From positions 64,001 to 128,000 of the forward strand of contig CAVQSP010000011.1 in NCBI GenBank assembly GCA_963715985.1: a DNA stretch of 64,000 nt. The letters are read 5' to 3'. Position 1 is the first letter of the stretch, and each line of letters starts with the position of its first letter. The stretch comes from an uncultured Thermoleophilia bacterium. Its GTDB lineage: Bacteria; Actinomycetota; Thermoleophilia; UBA2241. The translations under genes and the position numbers were made by a program. The notes below the pieces were generated by a model. It did no database searches and was not told the DNA's origin. It was given only the letters and a program-made list of their open reading frames with translations. Positions 34,060 through 44,128 of the stretch are shown here, piece by piece.

Positions 34060-36333
34060 TCAGTCCTTGGTGCGCGCCTTGGCCCGCGCGCGATACTCGG
34101 CCTTGCTCGGGCACTCGATATCGATGCAGAGCACCCACGGCCGGCCGCGGCCGCCGGCGCCCACCACCTTGATCTCCGGCCACCCGCAGGCGCCGCAGGT
34201 CTTGCCGGTGGGCGTGATGGTGCCGCGTTGCGGCAGGGGGAAGGTCTGGCCGCAGCCGCGCCGCGGGCGTTCGCCCTCGGCGGCTGGCTTGGGCTCCTCA
34301 CCCTCCTTGCCCACGCAGGCCACGAAGCGCTTGCCCGTCTTGCCGCGCAGCACGCGCAACTGGCCGCCGCACACCTTGCACTCGCCCAGGGTGAGGTCCT
34401 CGCGTACACCACTCTTGATGCGGTCGCGGATGTCGGTGACGTGAGAGTCCAGGAGCTTCCAGGCCTGCTCGAGCATCTGCGTGCTCTCGGCCACCACCTC
34501 GTCGCGGCGCAGCTCGCCTTCGCTGATGCGGTCCATGCGCTGCTCGAGCTCCGAGGTCATCTCGCTGGACGAGATGTCCACCGGCGCCTTCTCCATGGCG
34601 GCGTCGAAGGCGGCGATGAGCGCCACGCCCAGCTCGGTGGGCTCCACGGGGTTGTCGCGCACGTAGTTGCGGTCGTAGAGGTGCTGGATGATGTCGGCGC
34701 GCGTGGCCTTGGTGCCGAGGCCGAGATCCTCCATCTTCTCGATGAGTTTGCCCTGCCCGTAGCGTCCGGGCGGCTGCGTCTCCTTGGCTTCCGAGCGCAG
34801 GTCCAGCACTTTGAGCACGTCGCCGGGCTGCAGGGCAGGAAGCGGCCTGTCGCGCTTGGCCGCGTACTTCTCGTAGACCTCCAGGTAGCCCAGAGAGGCG
34901 ACTCGCGCGCCGTAGGCGAGGAACGGCTCCTCACCGATGCGGATGTCCACCCGCTGGCGCTCGATGACCGCCGCCGGCAACAGCGTGGCCAGGAAGCGGC
35001 GCACGACGAGGTCGTAGACCTTGGCCTGGTCGCCGCTGAGCTCCTTGGCGGGGACGCCGACCGGGTAGATCGGCGGGTGGTCGGTGGTGCGCTTCTTGCC
35101 GCGCGAGGCCGTGAGCTTGTCCTGCCCGTGGAGCCGTGCGGCCGTGGCCGCGACGGGCTGCCAGCGTGAGAGCTCGCTGAGGCTGCCGCGCAGGTCCAGC
35201 GACGGCGGGTACACCGTGTTGTCGGTACGCGGGTAGCTGATGAGACCGTCGAGGTACAGAGACTCGGCGGCGCGCATGGCCCTGGCCGGCGTCATGCCGG
35301 ACCCCGAGGCGGCGCTCATGAGCGCCGTGGTGTTGAACGGCGCCGGCGGCTTGTCGTCCTTGGGCTCGGCCTTGTAGGCCGTGACCTCAGCCGTCTCGAC
35401 CTGGGCACGACCGAGGGCGGTCTCCATGGCCTCTTGCGAGTCGAAGCGTCCCCTGGCGTGCGCCACCTCGAAGGGCTCGCCCTCGTGGTCGAGCGTGGCT
35501 TTGATCTCCCAGTACGGTACCGGCAGAAACGCGCGGCGCTCGAGCTCGCGCTCGACGACGAGGCGCAGCGTGGGCGACTGCACGCGCCCGACCGCGAGGT
35601 ACTCCGAGCCATAGCGGTACGACGCCAGCGACATGAAGCGCGTGAGCACCGCGCCCCAGATGAGGTCGATGTCCTGGCGCGAGTGCGCCGCCTCGGCGAG
35701 GTTGAAGTCCACGGTGGACGGCTTGGCGAACGCGGCCTGGACCTCTTCTTTGGTGAGCGCCGAGTACCGCACGCGCACGTGCCGGTCCACCGCCGCTGCA
35801 GGCAGCATGGGCTTGACGTGCGGGTCGCCGTTGTCCTCGAGGGCGGCCGGAGGCTCGGCCGCGGCCTTGCCGCGGCCGGTGGCGCCGGCCGCCTTCTTCC
35901 TGGGCTTGCCCGGCTTGTCGTCGGGGTGGCGCTTGAGCGCGTCGCCGCGCAGGATCTCGAGCGCTTCGTGGCCGATGAGCTCGCCCTCGCGATCGTAGTC
36001 GGTGGCGATGACCACCTCGCTGGCGCCCTTGGCCACCGTGCGCAGAGCGGCCAGCGTGCCCGCGGCGCCGGCGTCCACGACCCACGCCAGGTCCGGGGCG
36101 TCGATCATCTCGCCGAGGTGCTTGAGGCTCCAGCGGCGGTACCGGTCTGGGAAGACCGTCTCCATGACGTGCCCGCGCAGGCCGATGGCCACGGCGTCGT
36201 CGCCCTCGTAGACGAAGTGGTACGAGCGGACCTTCTGGCGGCCGCGGCCGTGCTCCTTGACCGTGACCTTGGCGCCGAGGATGTCGGCGATCTTGCGAGC
36301 GGCGTCGGCCTTCTCTGTGACGATGAGCTTCAA
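34060..36333 (-). CDS. topA: Type IA DNA topoisomerase (archaeal TopA/TopIII-like)
   Basis: TOPRIM (TEK, ATDYDREGE), GRVQSP, active site GLISYPRTD, C-terminal Cys ribbons. Confidence 0.92.
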   Translation of the reverse strand: MKLIVTEKADAARKIADILGAKVTVKEHGRGRQKVRSYHFVYEGDDAVAIGLRGHVMETVFPDRYRRWSLKHLGEMIDAPDLAWVVDAGAAGTLAALRTVAKGASEVVIATDYDREGELIGHEALEILRGDALKRHPDDKPGKPRKKAAGATGRGKAAAEPPAALEDNGDPHVKPMLPAAAVDRHVRVRYSALTKEEVQAAFAKPSTVDFNLAEAAHSRQDIDLIWGAVLTRFMSLASYRYGSEYLAVGRVQSPTLRLVVERELERRAFLPVPYWEIKATLDHEGEPFEVAHARGRFDSQEAMETALGRAQVETAEVTAYKAEPKDDKPPAPFNTTALMSAASGSGMTPARAMRAAESLYLDGLISYPRTDNTVYPPSLDLRGSLSELSRWQPVAATAARLHGQDKLTASRGKKRTTDHPPIYPVGVPAKELSGDQAKVYDLVVRRFLATLLPAAVIERQRVDIRIGEEPFLAYGARVASLGYLEVYEKYAAKRDRPLPALQPGDVLKVLDLRSEAKETQPPGRYGQGKLIEKMEDLGLGTKATRADIIQHLYDRNYVRDNPVEPTELGVALIAAFDAAMEKAPVDISSSEMTSELEQRMDRISEGELRRDEVVAESTQMLEQAWKLLDSHVTDIRDRIKSGVREDLTLGECKVCGGQLRVLRGKTGKRFVACVGKEGEEPKPAAEGERPRRGCGQTFPLPQRGTITPTGKTCGACGWPEIKVVGAGGRGRPWVLCIDIECPSKAEYRARAKARTKD

Positions 36334-36425
36334 GGTGCTACCTCTTGGGATATCCCAGACGGCTTCGGGCGATGGCAGTTAATACCACCGCCGAAACCCC
36401 AGTGTCGAGATGACGATGCGCCGGG

Positions 36426-36776
36426 TCAGGCGAGCGCGGCGACGGCGTCCTCGAGCGTGTCGTGGATGGTGAACACGCGGTCCAGGCCCGTGATGGACAG
36501 CACGCGGCCCACCGGCCGCGTGGTGACCACGAGTGCCATGGCGCCGCCGGCGGCGCGCAGGCGGCGCACGCCGCCGATGAGCACGCCGAGCGCGGTGGAG
36601 TCGATGAAGGTCACGCCGCTCAAGTCGATGACGACCTTGGCGGCGCCTTCGTCGATGAGCCCCAGCATGCTCTGCTTGAGCTGGGGCGCCGTGTACATGT
36701 CCACCTCACCCGAAAGCCGGACGACACCTACACCGTCGTCCCTGCGCTGCGCCTCCACGCCGAACAGCTCGTTCAC
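36426..36776 (-). CDS. STAS-domain anti-sigma-factor antagonist
   Basis: GEVDMYTAP, FIDSTALGVL, ITGLDRVF. Confidence 0.92.
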   Translation of the reverse strand: MNELFGVEAQRRDDGVGVVRLSGEVDMYTAPQLKQSMLGLIDEGAAKVVIDLSGVTFIDSTALGVLIGGVRRLRAAGGAMALVVTTRPVGRVLSITGLDRVFTIHDTLEDAVAALA

Positions 36777-37435
36777 GGCGCGGTCCCCGTGCTCGAAGGG
36801 CTTGGGGACGGCGTCGGCGATGCCGTCGCGGAGTCGATCCAGCCCTGGACGGCCGCCGCGTCAGGCGACGATGGGTCGAGCTCGAGGAACTTGGTGAAGG
36901 CGAGCAGGGCCGTGTTCTTGTCGCCGGCGTTGATCGCGATGGTGCCGAGGTCGAAGTAGGTCTGCGGGTCATCGGGGCGCATGCTGGACAGTTGCTGGTA
37001 CACCCCGACGGCGCTCGAGTAGTCCTTCATGAGGAGGTAGACGCTGGCCAGCTGCTCGAGGGTGTCGAGACGCTTCTGGCGCGCCACCGTGTCGCCCTTC
37101 TGCTTCTTGAGCAGCTTGATGGCCGACTTGTACGCATCCGCCGCCAGGAGCCAGTCGGTCCTCTGGGCGGTGGAGCCCTCGGCCTGCTGGTTGGCGCGCA
37201 GCACGTAGTTCTCGGCGAGGTTGATCCAGGCGACCTCGTTGGTGGGGTCGGCGGCGGTCTGCGTCTTGTACTTGGTGATCTCCTTGTCGATCTGTTCCAT
37301 AGCGGAGGTCGTCGAGCCGCCACAGCCGAGGCTGCGGTTGATGGGGATCATGACGAGGAAGCCGGCCATGATGAGTGCCATGAAGCCGAACACCCACTTC
37401 TGCCAGAACTTCACCCGTTTGCGGTCGAGCAGCAC
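36773..37435 (-). CDS. Membrane-anchored tetratricopeptide-repeat protein
   Basis: N-terminal TM helix followed by TPR-like helices (AWINLA, YFDLG, FLELDP). Confidence 0.75.
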   Translation of the reverse strand: MLLDRKRVKFWQKWVFGFMALIMAGFLVMIPINRSLGCGGSTTSAMEQIDKEITKYKTQTAADPTNEVAWINLAENYVLRANQQAEGSTAQRTDWLLAADAYKSAIKLLKKQKGDTVARQKRLDTLEQLASVYLLMKDYSSAVGVYQQLSSMRPDDPQTYFDLGTIAINAGDKNTALLAFTKFLELDPSSPDAAAVQGWIDSATASPTPSPSPSSTGTAP

Positions 37436-38935
37436 TTAGGGGGTCTCCTCTCCTGAGACGGCGGTGGTGTGCCACCAGCCGGATTCCGCGGCGCCGACGC
37501 GCACGTCTCCTGCGTGCACGCGGTCGCGGAGCTTCTCGCGCACGGTCACCGCCGCACGCCTCACAGCCTCTGCGTCGAGGCGCGTGTGGTGGTGGTCGGC
37601 GAACAGCACGTCCCCGCCCACCACTGTGAGCAGGACGTCGTCCTGGTTGGCGCCGTAGACCAGCGCCGAGTATGGATCGTCGATGGGCGCGAAGTGCGAG
37701 GTGCTCACGTCCACGGCGATGAAGTCCGCGTACTTGCCCGGCACCAGACTGCCGATGTCGGCGGCCATGCCGAGCGCCTCGGCGCCGCCGAGCGTGGCGA
37801 TGCGCACGCACTTGGGCGCGTCGAGGACCGTGACGTCACGCTCCACGGCGCGGTGCAGGAACAGCATCGTGCGCATCTCGTCGAACATGTCCATGATGTT
37901 GCTGGAGGCCGGGCTGTCCGTGCCCAAGCCCACGCGCACACCCTCGTGCAGCAGGTCGGCCAGCGGCGCCACGCCGCAGCCGAGCTTGGCGTTGCTCTTG
38001 GGGCAGTGCGCCACGGCGACGCCCTTGCTCTTGAGGATGCGGATATCGTCGCGGCTGAGCAGGACGCAGTGGACGGCGAGGAAGTCGGCGTCGAACACGT
38101 CCCACTGCTGCAGGTACTTGATGGGGCTCACGCCGAAGGGCTGGACGAGCATGCGCTCCCAGCCCATCTTCTCGCGATAGTCGTGAGCGAACTTGCCCGA
38201 GCCCGAGCGCACGTAGGTGGCCTCGTCGCGGCTCTCGGCGACGTGGCTCATGACTTTGAGGCCGCGCTCGCGGGCGAGCGCCGAGACCGCCTGGTACAAG
38301 CGGCTGGAGACCGTGTACGGCGCGTGCGGCGCCAGCCCGATGTCGATGCGCGGCGGCGCCGCCGCCTGCGCCGCTCGGAGCCGGCCTTCGATGTCGGTCA
38401 GCGTCTCTTCCAGGCGCTTGTCGTCCACGCCGAAGACCTCGAGATAGATGCGGCCGCGCAGACCGGCCTCGGCGGCCGCCTCAAGGGCGACGGCGCCGTA
38501 GCTGGTGTCGGCGATCGTGGTGATGCCGGAGGCGATGGCCTCGAGCGCGCCCAGCCGGGCGCTCAGCAGGTATTCGTCGGGGGTCAGCGACGCCTTGACG
38601 TCGACGAGGCTGATGATCCAGTCGCCGAACTCGGAGTCGTCGAGGATGCCACGGAACGAGGTGTACTCGATGTGGCTGTGGCAGTTGACGAAGCCGGGCA
38701 TGATGACCGAGCGGCCCAGGTCGACGAGGTCGGCGTCGGGATAGGCAGACGTGACGTCGGCCGCCGGGCCCACGCCGACGATGCGCTCGCCGGAGACGGC
38801 GAGTGCGCCGCCGGCGAGCACCGGTGCGTCGACAGGCAGCAGCCAGTCGGCGCGATAGATAGAGATGTCGTGGCCCGTGATGACCGCCTCGATCGTCGTC
38901 TTGGGGCACGGCGGCGTCCACGGGGGGACCCGCAC
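37436..38935 (-). CDS. Amidohydrolase (MTA/SAH deaminase family)
   Basis: PGFVNCHSH, PHAPY, HVAES, HCPKSN, GTDS. Start uncertain; GTG 38935 lies just downstream of TTGCCA-18-TATACT. Confidence 0.85.
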   Translation of the reverse strand: MRVPPWTPPCPKTTIEAVITGHDISIYRADWLLPVDAPVLAGGALAVSGERIVGVGPAADVTSAYPDADLVDLGRSVIMPGFVNCHSHIEYTSFRGILDDSEFGDWIISLVDVKASLTPDEYLLSARLGALEAIASGITTIADTSYGAVALEAAAEAGLRGRIYLEVFGVDDKRLEETLTDIEGRLRAAQAAAPPRIDIGLAPHAPYTVSSRLYQAVSALARERGLKVMSHVAESRDEATYVRSGSGKFAHDYREKMGWERMLVQPFGVSPIKYLQQWDVFDADFLAVHCVLLSRDDIRILKSKGVAVAHCPKSNAKLGCGVAPLADLLHEGVRVGLGTDSPASSNIMDMFDEMRTMLFLHRAVERDVTVLDAPKCVRIATLGGAEALGMAADIGSLVPGKYADFIAVDVSTSHFAPIDDPYSALVYGANQDDVLLTVVGGDVLFADHHHTRLDAEAVRRAAVTVREKLRDRVHAGDVRVGAAESGWWHTTAVSGEETP

Positions 38936-39050
38936 GTGAGACAGGAGTATAGGGGAGCGCCTCGCACAGTGGCAAACAGCGGTGGCGCGCGGCCGCCGGG
39001 CGCCGCCGGGCCAGCGGTATACTGCATCCGTCGACGACGGGAGACGAGCC

Positions 39051-39389
39051 GTGCACGAAGGACCCCCCAGCTTCTCGGCCGATGTCATCACCAGCAGCGT
39101 GTGGGACGCCATCAAGGACATCCCCGGCGTGAGCGACCTCTACCGCAATCCGCTGCAGTCACTCGGCGAGCGCGTGCACATGGAGCGGCGCGGCCCGGTG
39201 CGCCTGGAGCACGACGAAGACGGGCCGCTGCTCGAGATCCAGATCATCGTCGACGAAGGGGCATCCCTGGCAGCCGTGGGCGAGGCGGTGGCCCACGCCG
39301 GCGCCACGTACCTCGCGCGGACGACCGGCACGCCCATCACCCACGTGGAGGTCGTGGTCGCCGACGTCGGCGTGGTCGGCGGCCCGTGA
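39051..39389 (+). CDS. Asp23/Gls24 family protein
   Basis: DIPGV...EIQIIVDEG...TGTPITHVEVVVADV; GTG 39051 with GGAG RBS and TATACT at 39018. Confidence 0.75.
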   Translation: MHEGPPSFSADVITSSVWDAIKDIPGVSDLYRNPLQSLGERVHMERRGPVRLEHDEDGPLLEIQIIVDEGASLAAVGEAVAHAGATYLARTTGTPITHVEVVVADVGVVGGP

Positions 39390-39985
39390 GAGCGATCGAC
39401 CTCACAGGCGCCACCCGGGACCTCCTGGCGCCGTGCTGCCGTGACTGTGTCTGGTGGCAGACCCTGCCGGGCGCCACGCCCGCCGCGGGGCTGCGCGAGA
39501 CCTGGGAGCACGAGGCGGAGGCCGAGGCCGGCTTCTTCGGACGCGCCCTGCTCGAGGACGGCGCGGTGATCGGCTGGATGCACGCCGCGGCCCCCCGCCT
39601 GCTGCTGCGCACCGGTTGCCTGCCCGCCGGTCCGCCCTCCGCCGATGCCTACGTGCTCACCTGCTCGTACCTGTACGACGAGGAGTACCTGCGCGGCTTC
39701 CAGTTCCTGCTCCAGGAGATCGAAGCCTCGCTCAAGTTCCGCCGCGTGAAGGCGCTGGAGGCGTTCGGCCTGGACCGCGCGCGTCCCGGCGACCCGTTCC
39801 GCGGGTACGTGCGCGAGCTGAACCTCTTCCACCCGGAGGTGCTGGAGGGCAGCGGCTTCCGCCGGGTGCAGGTGAAGGGCGAGATCGCGCGCTTCCGTCT
39901 GGACCTCGCCACCATCGTGGAGGCGCCGCGGCACAGTGTGGCCTGGGAGCGGGTGGAGGCGCCGGCGGGGGCGCAGCCGGTCTGA
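39386..39985 (+). CDS. GNAT-like hypothetical protein
   Basis: GTG overlapping the upstream TGA; CRDCVWWQ, PPSADA, ALEAFG pattern of actinobacterial GNAT-like proteins. Confidence 0.6.
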   Translation: MRAIDLTGATRDLLAPCCRDCVWWQTLPGATPAAGLRETWEHEAEAEAGFFGRALLEDGAVIGWMHAAAPRLLLRTGCLPAGPPSADAYVLTCSYLYDEEYLRGFQFLLQEIEASLKFRRVKALEAFGLDRARPGDPFRGYVRELNLFHPEVLEGSGFRRVQVKGEIARFRLDLATIVEAPRHSVAWERVEAPAGAQPV

Positions 39986-40034
39986 CCGGCGCCGCAGGTC
40001 CCTGCGCGGCCGGCGTCCGCGCGCGCCGGCGCCG

Positions 40035-41297
40035 TCAGCGGAAGATGCGCGGCAGCCGCTGCTTCCAGTCGGCCGGCAGCACCGCGTCCAGCGCGTCGTC
40101 CAGCGTGACGATGCCCAGCGGGCGGCGCTGCTCGTCCACCACCGGGATGGCGAGCAGGTCGTACTTGACCATGATGCGGCCGACCTCCTCTTCGTCGACC
40201 TCGGCCGTGACCTGCACCACGTCGTCCTCCATGAGCTCCGCGACCTGCAGGCCCGGCTCGGCGAGCACGAGATCGCGCAGGCTGGCGACGCCGGTCAGGC
40301 TGCCGTCCTCGGCGACGAAGTAGAGATAGGTCATGGCGTGGTGCTCGGGCCGCTCGCTGCGGATCCACTGCAGCGCCGCGTCGGCTGTGAGCCCGTCGGG
40401 GAGGGCCACGAAGTCCGTGGTCATCAGCGACCCGGCGGTGTGCTCAGGGTGGCTGGCGAGCTCGCGAAGATCCTCCTCGCGCTCGTCCGGCAGGCACGCG
40501 AGCAGCTGCTGTGAGAGTTCGTCGGGGAGGTCGCTGAGGATGTCGGCGGCCTCGTCGGCCTCGATGAGCTCGAGCACGGCGGCGGCGCGTGGCAACGGCA
40601 TGTCCTGCAGCGCCGCCGAGCGCAGCTCCTCGTCCATCTCCTGCAGGGTGTCGGCGGCGAGGCCCGGGTTGAGCGCGGCCAGCACGGCCGCGCGCTCGCG
40701 CGGGCCCACCTGGCCGACGATGTCGGCGATGTCCGCCGGGTGCAGCTCCGCCAGCTCGGCGAACGCCTCCACGAAGTTGAGCCGCGAGAGCCGCAGCGCG
40801 ATGAGGTTCACGTCGGCCCACGGCACCAGGTCGCCGCTGCGCCGCGGCAGGCGGCGCGAGAGGAAGCCCAGCCCAAAGCGCTTCGCGAGGGCTCCCGAGC
40901 TGGCGTCCACGCCGAGGACCGCGAGGCTGCCGTCGCGCGGCTCCAGCAGGACGTCCTGGGCGCGCACGAAGACGCGGCGGCGCATGTCCAGCACCTGGTT
41001 GTCCAGCACCGACTCGACGAGGGCGAGCTCGTCGCCGCGCAGCGAGGCGGGCTCGAGATCGGCCGCTGCGCAGCAGAGGTGCAGCCGCTCGCCGTCCACG
41101 TCGATCTCGGCGACCTGCTCCCACGAGGCGCGCACCTGGTCGTCGTCGCGCGCGATGAAGAACGCCGTGACGAACGGGGCATCGGACGTACAGAGGGCGA
41201 GCACGTCGAGCAACTCGCCGACCTGGACGCCGGCGCTGTCGACCACCTTCATGTCTTCGAGTTCGGAGAGTGAGAGCGAGCCTAAGTGGTCGTCCAC
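40035..41297 (-). CDS. Soluble PRC-barrel / MgtE-N / CBS-pair protein
   Basis: LHPADIADI, TAGSLMTTDF, LTGVASLRDL, YDLLAIPVVD, GIVTLDD; no TM domain. Confidence 0.87.
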   Translation of the reverse strand: MDDHLGSLSLSELEDMKVVDSAGVQVGELLDVLALCTSDAPFVTAFFIARDDDQVRASWEQVAEIDVDGERLHLCCAAADLEPASLRGDELALVESVLDNQVLDMRRRVFVRAQDVLLEPRDGSLAVLGVDASSGALAKRFGLGFLSRRLPRRSGDLVPWADVNLIALRLSRLNFVEAFAELAELHPADIADIVGQVGPRERAAVLAALNPGLAADTLQEMDEELRSAALQDMPLPRAAAVLELIEADEAADILSDLPDELSQQLLACLPDEREEDLRELASHPEHTAGSLMTTDFVALPDGLTADAALQWIRSERPEHHAMTYLYFVAEDGSLTGVASLRDLVLAEPGLQVAELMEDDVVQVTAEVDEEEVGRIMVKYDLLAIPVVDEQRRPLGIVTLDDALDAVLPADWKQRLPRIFR

Positions 41298-41345
41298 GCT
41301 GACGGCTCACATCCTTTCGCCGGCCGGACCCTCAGGACGCTGGCG

Positions 41346-41374
41346 AGGATACCCGCGGCGCCTCACCCCGTCAA
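41346..41374 (-). promoter_or_regulatory. Sigma-70-type promoter for the MgtE-N gene
   Basis: TTGACG-17 nt-TATCCT on the minus strand. Confidence 0.65.
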
Positions 41375-41526
41375 CGCCGCAGCCCTGGCGCGACCCCTGA
41401 GGGCAGCGCAGATCGCCCATGTCGCTCGCGGGCGCCGAGTGCTATAGACTTCCCCGGTCCAAAGTCCATCGCCGGGGTGCGCTGTCAGGGGCGTCGCACG
41501 ACCGGCCCAGCGAAAGGAGCCGTTGC

Positions 41527-42978
41527 ATGGCGGCCGAACCGACCGTCGCCTCAGGAGGTCTCGACAACCTGTTCCACTTCAAGAAGTGGGGCACCAGCCT
41601 CACGCGCGACATGCTCGCCGGGCTCACGACGTTCATCGTCATGTCCTACATCATCTTCGTGAACCCGAACATCCTGGGCCTCGAAGGCAAGGGTCTCCCC
41701 TTCGCCGCGGCGCTCACGTCCACCTGTCTCGTGGCCGGCGTCATGACGATCATCATGGGCGCGTTCACGAACCGCGCCTACGCCATCGCCCCGGGCATGG
41801 GCCTCAACGCCGTGGTGGCCTTCAGCCTGGTCCTCGGCCAAGGCCTCACGTTCCCGGAGGCGATGGGCCTCATCTTCCTCGAAGGCGTCGCCATCCTCAT
41901 CCTCGTGCTCACCGGCTTCCGTGAGGCCATCTTCAAGGCCATCCCGCTGGAGCTGAAGAAGGCCATCGTCATCGGCATCGGCTTCTTCATCCTCTTCATC
42001 GGGCTGGTCGACGGCGGCATCGTGGTGGTCGGCAGCGGCACCCCGTTGACGCTCGGCACCTTCGTCGGCGTGCCGGTGGTGGTCACCATCTTCGGCCTCG
42101 TCATCACCATCATCATGCTGACGCTGCGCTGGCGCGGCGCTGTGATCCTCGGCATCATCTTCTCGACCGTCTTCGCGATGATCCTCAACTACGCCTACGA
42201 CAAGACATCGTTCGCCGAGGGCATCGCCGTCGTCCCCAGCAAGATCGTGGCCATGCCCGACTTCAGCCTGCTGGGCCAGTTCGACTTCGGCGCCTTCAGC
42301 AAGCTCGGCGTGACGGCGGCCATCCTGTGGATCTTCAGCCTCATGCTGTCGGACTTCTTCGACACCATGGGCACGCTCGTCGGCGTGGGCGGCCAGGCCG
42401 GCTACCTCGACGAGAAGGGCCACCTCAAGAAGCTCAACCGCCTGCTCGCCATCGACTCCATCGCCGCCATCGCCGGCGGCGCCGCCTCCTCGTCCTCCGC
42501 GACGACCTACATCGAGTCGGGGGCCGGCGTGGCCGCCGGCGGGCGCACGGGCATGGTGAGCATCGTCGTCGGCGTCCTGTTCCTGCTGGCCATGTTCTTC
42601 TCGCCCATTGCGGGCATCGTACCGGCCAGTGCGACGGCGCCGGCCCTCATCATCGTCGGCTACCTGATGATGGCGACGCTCACCGAGGCCGAGACCGAGG
42701 CCGAAGACGAGGAGTCGGGACGCGGCTTCGTGAGGCGCGCCGTCTCCGGCATCGACTTCGGCGACATCGCCTTCGGCATCCCCGCCGTGCTCACGATGAC
42801 CATCATGCCGCTCACCTACAGCATCACGAACGGCATCGGCTTCGGGTTCATCTCGTACACCTTGATCCGCATCTGCCAGGGCAAGACCAGGGAGGTCAGC
42901 TGGATGCTGTGGATCGCCACCGCGGGCTTCATTCTGTACTTCCTCGTGCCGCTGTTCCAGGCCAAGGGCTGGGTCTGA
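41527..42978 (+). CDS. NCS2/AzgA family purine permease
   Basis: AGLTTF, APGMGLNA, DFFDTMGT, YIESGAGVAAGGRTG, TYSITNGI. Confidence 0.93.
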   Translation: MAAEPTVASGGLDNLFHFKKWGTSLTRDMLAGLTTFIVMSYIIFVNPNILGLEGKGLPFAAALTSTCLVAGVMTIIMGAFTNRAYAIAPGMGLNAVVAFSLVLGQGLTFPEAMGLIFLEGVAILILVLTGFREAIFKAIPLELKKAIVIGIGFFILFIGLVDGGIVVVGSGTPLTLGTFVGVPVVVTIFGLVITIIMLTLRWRGAVILGIIFSTVFAMILNYAYDKTSFAEGIAVVPSKIVAMPDFSLLGQFDFGAFSKLGVTAAILWIFSLMLSDFFDTMGTLVGVGGQAGYLDEKGHLKKLNRLLAIDSIAAIAGGAASSSSATTYIESGAGVAAGGRTGMVSIVVGVLFLLAMFFSPIAGIVPASATAPALIIVGYLMMATLTEAETEAEDEESGRGFVRRAVSGIDFGDIAFGIPAVLTMTIMPLTYSITNGIGFGFISYTLIRICQGKTREVSWMLWIATAGFILYFLVPLFQAKGWV

Positions 42979-43069
42979 GTCACCTCTGAGGGCCGCCTGC
43001 CGGCGGCCGTCAAGACCGGGGGCCGGCCGCCGCAGGCGGCCGGCCCCTTCTGCTATCCTTGCCGCCGTC

Positions 43070-44069
43070 ATGTCGGTCCTCCTCCTCATCTTCGCGCTCG
43101 GCATCATCTTGCTGTCGGCCGAGCTGTTCACCAACGGCGTGGAGTGGTTCGGGCGCCGCTACGAGCTGGGCGAGGGCGCGGTCGGGAGTGTGCTCGCGGC
43201 CGTGGGCACCGCTCTGCCGGAGACCCTGGTGCCCATCATCGCCATCGTCTTCACGGGCAGGCCAGGCGGCCGACGACGTCGGCATCGGCGCCATCCTCGG
43301 GGCGCCGTTCATGCTCTCGAGCCTCGCCATGCTCGTGACCGGCGGCGGCCGTGGTGATCTTCTGCGTGGCGCGGCCGCCGCAAGCCGGCACGTCACCATC
43401 AACGAGGGCGTGATGCGCCGCGACCTCAGCCACTTCCTCATCGCCTACGCGCTGGCGATGGGCGCCGGCCTCGTCGCACGTGCGCACGCTGCACTACGCG
43501 CTCGCCGCCGGACTGCTCGTCTTCTACGGCTACTACGTGTGGGAGACGATGCGCGCGGAGGGCGACCTCGGCGACGACTGCAAGCCACTGTACTTCCACC
43601 GGCATCCGGAGATGCCGCATCGCTACCGCATCTTCACCCAGATCGGCGTCGCCATCCTGGGCATCGTGCTCGGGGCAGAGATCTTCGTGCACGAGGTCCA
43701 GCTGCTCAGCGAGACGCTGGGCGCGGCGCCCCTCGTGGTCTCGCTGCTCATCACGCCCATCGCCACCGAGCTGCCCGGAGAAGTTCAACTCGGTGCTGTG
43801 GATCCGCCAGAAGAAGGACACGCTGGCGCTGGGCAACATCACCGGCGCGATGGTCTTCCAGAGCACCTTCCCGGTGTCGATCGGTCTCGATCTTCACCAC
43901 GTGGCAACTGACCGAGACGGGCCTCGTCAGCGGTGTGCTCGCGCTCGTCAGCGGCACCGTGTTCTACCTCACCCTGCGCTTCAGGCACACGCTGACCTGG
44001 TGGTCGCTGGGCGGCGCGGGGACGGTGTACGCCGCCTACCTGGTGTACGTCTTCGGCTTCGCCAAGTAG
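43070..44069 (+). CDS. Sodium:calcium antiporter (CaCA); about six indels, so error-rich or a pseudogene
   Basis: Alpha repeats GTALPE and ATELPE...ALGNITG spread over three frames (shifts near 43259, 43345, 43380, 43475, 43776, 43887). Confidence 0.75.
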
Positions 44070-44128
44070 CGTGGCATGCGAAGGGCCGGGCGAGCGGCGA
44101 CGCCGCCCACCCGGCCCTGGAGCTGGTC

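Noticed and set aside
41440-41526. Possible purine/xanthine riboswitch before the NCS2 permease
   Set aside because: Only a short CCCCGG/CCGGGG stem; no purine-riboswitch core recognisable.
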